Source of the DNA: Phoronis australis | Taxonomy: Eukaryota; Animalia; Phoronida | Length of the DNA: 34,753 bases | Direction of reading: 5' to 3' | Assembly (NCBI GenBank): GCA_002633005.1 | Contig: NMRA01000211.1 | Location: 126,419-161,171, forward strand | In this document: positions 34,498-34,753 of the stretch, piece after piece | Layout: every line of letters begins with the position of its first letter | Position numbering within the stretch: position 1 is the first letter of the stretch | Program-made: the position numbers and the translations under genes | The notes under the pieces: generated by a model | What the model saw: only the letters and a program-made list of their open reading frames with translations | Database searches by the model: none | Told to the model about the DNA's origin: nothing

Positions 34498-34753
34498 GTC
34501 GTAACAGTGCCGTTGAATCAACGTCGTAACAGTGCCGTTGAATCAACGTCGTAACAGTGCCGTTGAATCAACGTCGTAACAGTGCCGTTGAATCAACGTC
34601 GTAACAAAACCGTTGAATCAACGTCGTAATAGTGCCGTTGAATCAACGTCGTAACAGTGCCGTTGAATCAACGTCGTAGCAGTGCCGTTGAATCAACGTC
34701 GTAACAGTGCCGATGAATCAACGTCGTAGCAGTGCCGATGAATCAACGTCGTA
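34498..34753 (+). repeat. 25-bp minisatellite, at least 10 copies (gtcgtaacagtgccgttgaatcaac), runs off the window end
   Basis: Head-to-tail copies without spacers; internal palindrome cgttga-a-tcaacg. Confidence 0.97.

Noticed and set aside
34498-34753. CRISPR-like palindromic repeat array
   Set aside because: Units are head-to-tail with no unique spacers, there are no cas genes, and the context is eukaryotic.

Overview
AT-rich, intron-dominated eukaryotic genomic DNA (animal, probably an invertebrate; the species cannot be determined) from a heterozygous draft assembly with single-N joins at 2607, 5740, 6272, 7645, 8488, 16475 and 20207. Almost all ORFs in the supplied track are spurious or repeat-derived. 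Main contents: (1) the last three coding exons of a minus-strand membrane-protein gene (1987-1892, 1459-1313, 1173-1141) with two hydrophobic helices and a CCC tail, loosely MS4A/CD20-like; (2) a decayed Academ (AcademX-type) DNA transposon remnant at ~2608-6161, whose right flank duplicates an unoccupied intronic site at 1606, so empty and filled alleles appear side by side; (3) the 5' part of a large plus-strand gene with phase-compatible small exons (13969-13991, 22789-22918, 33246-33328) and several candidate alternative N-terminal exons, two starting Met-Gly with a nearby Cys; (4) a 402-bp foldback MITE, other transposon fragments, many minisatellites and two haplotype-like false duplications. 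No CRISPR array, rRNA or tRNA was recognised. I find no convincing new biological system. The best leads are the polymorphic Academ insertion and the alternative, possibly lipid-anchored, N-termini.
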